A stretch of 64,000 bases of DNA from Lama guanicoe (Eukaryota): the NCBI GenBank assembly GCA_013239625.1, contig MU054738.1:7721855-7785854 (forward strand), in the 5' to 3' direction. Within the stretch, counting starts at the first letter, position 1, and each line of letters begins with the position of its first letter. The notes beneath the pieces are model-generated. The model had not been told where the DNA came from. It saw nothing but the letters and a program-made list of their open reading frames with translations, and did not search any database. A program made the position numbers and the translations under genes. Of the stretch, positions 58,040 to 64,000 are shown in pieces.

Positions 58040-58115
58040 TTCTCTCTCTGTCTCTGTCTGTCTGTCTCTCCCTCTCTCTTTCAGTCTCTGTCTCTAAGTC
58101 TCTGTCTCTCTCTCC
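58040..58115. repeat. CT/CTGT-rich simple repeat
   Basis: tctctctctgtctctgtctg... tract. Confidence 0.8.
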
Positions 58116-61100
58116 CCGCCCCTCCCCACCATGGGGCAGCACCTTCCCACACAGGAATGAGGTGGGCACGCCAACTCCTGGGGACGACGGGGCCGCCTCC
58201 CTTCCCGCCCGAGGCCTGGGAGGCTGTGGCTGTCCCCAGGAGGCTGGGCCCTGCGTGCTCACTGCTGTCCTTCCCACTTGGGGCCCCGTGCCTCCTGCCC
58301 CAGCTGCAGTGTGATGGATAAATCGTGTGCAAAGACTTTGGATGCACTCCCTCTCCTTCCTGCCGCCCTCCTCTCTGGGGATGCAGGTTCCCTCTATGAT
58401 GATCTTAGTTTCTACAAAGGCGCCGGACTTTGTCCCGGAGGTTCTCAGTCAGGTGGGCAGCAGGGATCCCGGCTCTATCTGCGTGTGTGTCCTCAGCAGA
58501 GCACTTGCTGCACCCCCTCCCCTGTGGCGGCGAGGCCCACAGCTGGCTGGAGCATCTGACTCGTCACCCAGACTCAGACAGAGCAGGCGGGGCTGGCCGC
58601 TGCTGCACAGAGATGGGAGGCGGCCAGGCACCCATCGCCCCGAGCTGCCGCGGTACGGCACCCGCGTCTCCTCCCTGTCCTCACACCACATTTCCAGCCT
58701 CCCCAGAACAGCACTTGGGGCCGGGCCGTGCATCCTCAGCTGTCCGGGTGTCTCCCACCTGCTGCGGGATTCCTTGGGCCTGTCGCTGCCAGCCAGGCCT
58801 GGTCGGGGACAGATGGCCACGTAAAAATAGTCGTGGGCCTCGAGGTGCCACCTCCCCAGCTGTTCTCTTGAGCAGGAGCCAGACGAGAGGGTGGAGATGG
58901 CGGCCTCGGCGAGGGCCCTGGGCAGAGGCTCCCGTCCAGCGAGGATGCATGGTGGGGGTGCGGGGGGCCTCACCGGCGAGAAAAGGCTCGTGGCCCCCCA
59001 GCTCTCCCTGGAATGAACACCAGACAAAACGGTTCTCCCTGTTGATCAGTTTCCAACCAGTCCTACCTGGGCGGGAACAGGTCTGACGCACATGCATCTC
59101 AACAGCCCCACAGCCCACGGCCTGCCTCCAGCTCAGGGAGCCGGGTCCGGGCAGCGGGGGGTTACGGTTTCTGTACACCCCGGAGATCTCCTGGCTGCAC
59201 CTGGAGCCAGCAGTTACCCAGGGCACACCTGAGAACCAGGAGACGTGTTCTCACCACAATAAAATGAAGTTTAAACAGTTGAAGACGCTGGAGTCTCGGT
59301 GCGTGGCCCAGGGCGGTTTACCTGGCTTCCTGGCCTGGGAAGACCCGGAGGGCACCTGCCTCGGGTAGGGCGGTGGGTAACCGCAGTGGACCCGCTCACG
59401 CCTCCGGGAGTGCATGCGTGAGCCACGTGGCGGACGTCTGGGAGCCGCTCACGGGGTCATTAGCAGGAAAGCAGGATGAGCTGTGGGGATGGGCGGGAGA
59501 GATGCTTTCTGAATCCCGGGCCAGCTGGGGACTGAGGGTGCGGCCGCCGCAGCATTCCCGGGACAGCTGAGGCAGCTGCGCGGTGTGCTCGCCTGAACGG
59601 CATTTGATCTCCGAATGGCCAGGGTTTCCTGCGGAGAAACAGTAAGAATCTGCACCTACCGCATCCCAGGTGCCCTCAGAGCAAGCCTGTCAGCTGAGAC
59701 GGCGCGGTCCGCCTCAGAGCCTCAGAGGAGGCAGGGCGGCTGGACGCCTCCCCTCCCGCCCTGCACGTCCCCGCCCTGCACAGAGCAGCCAGGCCGCAGA
59801 CCAGATGGATACCCTGAGCTCAGCGGGACCAGCCGGAGCCACTAGGAAAGGACTCGGGCAAATACCTGGCTGATCATAATCAGTTGTGAGCTCTTCTCTT
59901 TTAAAAGCATCGCCTGAATTTATATTTAATTCTGAGCAAACTCTGGTGGAAGCCTTTTTGTTGAGGGAGGCATTATTAAATTTTAAATTAAACATTCTGG
60001 GTCCTTTTAGAAGAGGAAAGTCCTTGGATGCTGCGAACTTGCCCTTTTCTATTTTTTTCTTTCACAGTCACTTACTAAGTGCAGTTGTGTGTGAATGCAT
60101 GTGCTGAGGGCTGTGGGCAACACGCAGGTGGTCAGGTCTCCAAGCGGGGGAGTTTACAGTCTAGCCCAGGAGGCAAGCGTCCTCAATGCAGCGCACTGGA
60201 CAAGGGCCTGGTGATGCGGTTGAGACAGACGGGGGTGTCAGGGGGCAGATGGAAGCTCAGCTCTGACACGCCGCTGTGACGTCCAGCCAGAATCTGGGAC
60301 CAGAAAAAGGGCACATCAGATAACCCCAGCTGCAGGTGGGGGTAGCACAGATCAACTTAATTTAATCCAAGCCACAGGCTTAAGCAGCAAACAAACCCTG
60401 AACATTCCCATCAGAGCTTTTAGTTGCAGAAGCACAGCTGTAAATGCCTTTCCCATCAGCTTCTGCTCGCACACCAGCCGGGGGCGGTAAGGAGGGCTGG
60501 AAAAAGCAGACCAGGTCCGAAGGCTCTAGAGACGCGCAGGGGAGGGGCAGGCAGGCTCCGAGTGCTGGGGGAGGTGAGGAGGTGGCCTGAGGGTCTCTTG
60601 CCGGAGCGGGGGTGGGGGAGTCCGTGAGATGGACCGAGCTAGGCCGGGGTCTGAGGTGCGAGCTGTCTTCCCTGTGCTCGGAGCTCTGCCTGCCCCCTCT
60701 GTGTCGTCTTCCCTTTCCCCTCCTGTCCACTAAAAGATGTAACTGTTTCTTCTGTCAACGAGGTCAACACTTGATTTTAAATAAAAGGCAGCTGAGTATG
60801 TATTTCTCCATCATACACACACACACAAATCTACCTTCCAAATCACATAACCACTTAGATCAGTTTCTCCTCTGCTTAGTGTAACCTTAATTTTTCATAG
60901 CCCAGTGGTCTCAACCAAGCGAGCAAGGCTGTCTTCTAGCACCCGGGACGGAGAGGGGCGCTTATGGGGTCCCAGCCAAACTCCACAGGAGTTTATGGGG
61001 TGTGCAGTGCCTGCTGTGCCAGACCCCTTGGGAAGGGACTCTTGACAGACCCACACAACCTGCCCGGTGGCCTGTAAGGCTGCAGTTACAGACGCAGGTC

Positions 61101-61511
61101 CTGGGTGGCAGAGCCGAATTGAAGCCTCCCCCTCTGACCTCCAGGCTCCCCACCTTCCTTAGCAGGCGAGTTCTGTGCCCCAGTGTTCCCAGGAGAGGAC
61201 ACTGCAGGAGTCTTGGAGACGGGGCAGAGAACACTTTGCAAACGGAGCCGTGGGGACAGTCTCGTGCGAGGGCTGCTCTGGGCAGAGCCGACGGGAGAGC
61301 CCCTCCCTCCTTCCCTTCCTCAGGCTGGCCTCCGAGAAGACTGGGGAGCAACAGGTCCAAGTGCCACTAAGTAATCGGCGGCGTCTGGGGTGGGAGTTCG
61401 TCCTTTGATACTTTTTAGTCTTTTAGAACTTCCCTGAAGCTCATCTATTTCTCTCCTACCAAAAAAGTTTACACTGCAGTAAAAAGCTCGGCACCTAGAA
61501 CGCAGCATCGT

Positions 61512-61600
61512 GGCCGTTTTTAACCGTCCAGTTCAGTGACGTTAGGTTCATTCGCAGTGTTGCGTACAGACCTCCAGAGCTTTTCATCTCGTGAAACTCG
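61512..61600 (-). mobile_element. Old L1M 3' fragment
   Basis: ccgtttttaacc..agttcagtgacgttagg..ttcgcagtgttg..ctccagagcttttcatctcgtgaaact. Confidence 0.55.
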
Positions 61601-61659
61601 CCCTTCAGTTTTTACTGGAAAAATAACACAAAGACTACTTTTAAAAATATAAAATAACA

Positions 61660-61774
61660 ACAGCCTGTAATGAAAAAGAATATGAAAAGGTATGTATGTA
61701 TATAACTGAACCACTGTGCTGCACACCAGAAATTAACACAACATTGTAAACCAACTACACTTCAACTAAAAAAA
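61660..61774 (+). mobile_element. L1 3' end fragment with A tail
   Basis: aatgaaaaagaatatgaaaagg..ataactgaaccactgtgctgcacaccagaaattaacacaacattgtaaaccaactacacttcaa(A)n; same family as the 3' end of the 46205-47062 copy. Confidence 0.85.
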
Positions 61775-61795
61775 CCCTGCTGAAGGCCCGCCTCG

Positions 61796-62068
61796 CCCCC
61801 CACCCCTCTGCCGTGGCCCTGACGGGACCCTCCAGTCCAGCTCGCCGGGCAGCCCCCACCCACCCCCCCCAGCTTCTTTCCCCTCCCCAGGTCTGGCTGG
61901 CCGCTGGCTCTGCCCCCCTCCCGCCCCTCTTACCCCCCACCCCTCTGCCGTGGCCCTGACGGGACCCTCCAGTCCAGCTCGCCGGGCAGCCCCACCCCAC
62001 CCCACCCAGCTTGTGTCCCCTCCACAGTCCTGGCTGGCTGCTGTCTCTGCCCCCGTCCTGCACCTCTT
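61796..62068. repeat. ~137-bp tandem duplication, C-rich
   Basis: cacccctctgccgtggccctgacgggaccctccagtccagctcgccgggcagcccc at 61801 and 61938. Confidence 0.9.
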
Positions 62069-62094
62069 GCCTCTTGTGTTCAAGATGAGGGGCC

Positions 62095-62225
62095 GGGGAG
62101 GGGGACGTATGGCCCAGTTGTAGAGCATGTGCTTAGCACGCATGAGGCCCTGGGTTCAGTCCCCAGCATTAAATACAGAAACAAACCTAGTTACCCCCTC
62201 CCCACCCAAAACAAACAAACAAAGA
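62095..62225 (+). mobile_element. tRNA-derived SINE (Vic-1-like)
   Basis: ggggagggg..tatggcccagttgtagagcatgtgcttagcacgcatgaggccctgggttcagtcccc..aaacctagttaccccc..(aaac)n. Confidence 0.85.
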
Positions 62226-64000
62226 ACATGACATGGCACAATCCGGCTGCACTTCAGGTGAGCTGGGTTTCCTCTTATGGACGTTGACCAGTCACGGAAC
62301 GTGAGAGCTGGGAGAGAATTTAGAGGCCCTCTGGTCCCACTCACCCACTGCCCAACAGGCAGACTGATTTTATCTGAACCCAGACTTCCAGGAGGTGGGC
62401 TTAAGGATCACATCAGCGTTTCAGTTCACTTTCCAGTCCAACAAAACAGGCTGCAGCCCCCCCTCCACCACCGTCTGGCTATCCAGGGAGTTACAATTCC
62501 ACAAACACAGCACTGCTTCATGGTCACACGTCCCCCACCTGTCTGACCCTTGTCTAGGAAAGACACAGGAAACAGGGTTTACATTTTTGTTCCCAACTCC
62601 GCACAAAAGTGGCCGAGGTGGGGTGAGGGGAGGCATGCCTGTCACCTGACCATTACCACTGTCTGAATGAGCTCAACTCAGAAATGGAGGGGGTGGCCGG
62701 GGCTGCAAGGGAGGGGGCCATCTCCTCAGTTCTTTGCTGTTACTTATTCAACCTAGTTAGACAGCCAAGCAGTTGGCCGTGTCCCAGCCAGCACAGGGCT
62801 GGCACACGACAGACACACAGCTCAAGCTGGTGGGTTAGATCTCAAGGAACTGTGTCCCCTGCTTCCCAGTGACCATCATGTCCCCAGAGCCTGGACTTCT
62901 GGAAGGAACAGGGTTTGCACTTGGCTCCTGTGGATAAACTTGCCCTGTTTTGAAGACCTCCAGCCTTTGGAAGCCCTTGGGAGATGGCGTCCTGGCCGCT
63001 GCCTCTCCGACCTTCTCTGTCCCGGGTCAGAGGGCAATCACCACACTCTTGGCCGAAGATTTTTACCTACAAAACCCAGAGACTACTGCTGGCTGGCTGT
63101 GTCCCCTACTCTCTGGGCTAAATCTTTCAGTTCATCCACCATCACTGTTCCATTTGCAAAGTTTCCAAACGTACAGGCAAGCTTAAAGAATGGTATCACA
63201 GCAAAACACACAGCCACACCCTGGTCTGGATGCGGCTTTGTGACCATGTGGCTGCATTTCTTCCTTTCTGAGCACACACACCCATTTCTTCTATGAAGCG
63301 CGTGAAAGCAGGCTGCCTGGACCCCTACACGTCATCACCACACTTAAAATAACACCAGTTAGACGTCATCCCCCAGTTGTTCTCCAAATGCATGCGAGCG
63401 ATGACAGTGACAGCTCCCCTCCGGGTCCGACCAGGGCCAGTGCGTCTCCTTCATGGTTCTCTTCTACTCTCATTTTTTTTTCCTGAACAATCTTTGTGGC
63501 TTTATTCTGAACTCGCTGAGTTTCCCAGATCTCCTGTAATTAGATTTACACAGGAATAGAAGGCCTTGCCCCTCTGGACTCGCACATCTAGGAAGGCAGC
63601 CCCTCAGAGGCCCTCACTTGGGGCCACCTTCGTTGCTGAGAAAGCAGGCCCTTGCATCTTAAAGTAAAACCAGAGGTGCCTGCTGCCCTCGGAAGTGCTG
63701 AGCTGGCCTGTCTTTAAGCAGAATAACGAATCTGCAAGGCAGATTCCAAATTGCTTTGCTGAAGGTGCCAGGCATCAGGGAATCCTAACCCAAGAGTCAG
63801 CTTGGAGCTGCTCATCCCGGGTGGTGGCCAGAGCCCACTCACCTTGGCGACGGGAGAGCCACAACCAGTCCCAGCACCTGCCCCTCCCCGCGCAGGGCAC
63901 AGGTGCGTAGCCGCGCCCTCCCCAAGAACCACCCTCCTTTCACCAAGAGTCACATCACATAAAAGCACCTAACTCCTCTGTCGCCGTGCACTTCAGACAC

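Noticed and set aside
62100-62170. Possible tRNA gene (also 53060-53130 and 24290-24360)
   Set aside because: Degenerate cloverleaf followed by SINE body and A-rich tail, with TSDs on two copies: tRNA-derived SINEs.
56500-64000. TUBB6 expected downstream by synteny
   Set aside because: No MREIVHIQAGQCG-type exon found; the gene presumably lies beyond the window.

Overview
GC-rich mammalian genomic DNA, not microbial. It carries two + strand spliced genes. IMPA2 (myo-inositol monophosphatase 2) is complete: 8 coding exons, 6612-35112, 867 nt = 288 aa, all introns GT-AG. CIDEA (lipid-droplet CIDE protein) has coding exons 2-5 visible at 51304-56276; exon 1 almost certainly falls in the N gap at 44568-44642 inside its CpG-island promoter. 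tRNA-derived SINEs resembling Vic-1 point to a camelid (alpaca/camel) genome (inference). The rest is intron/intergenic DNA with SINE, L1, MaLR/ERVL LTR, hAT and MIR remnants, small tandem repeats and four assembly gaps. I found no convincing undescribed gene system; almost all ORFs in the track are GC-rich noise. Best leads: an IMPA2 uORF whose stop overlaps the start codon (AUGA), an in-frame upstream acceptor at IMPA2 exon 3, a perfect 40-bp palindrome, an HNF1/HNF4/ERR motif cluster in IMPA2 intron 5, paired PPRE-like DR1s in CIDEA intron 1, a directional A-to-G bias in both proteins, and a probable false haplotype duplication around a minisatellite. Comparisons with human proteins and repeat consensuses are from memory and need alignment; repeat boundaries are approximate unless a TSD is given.
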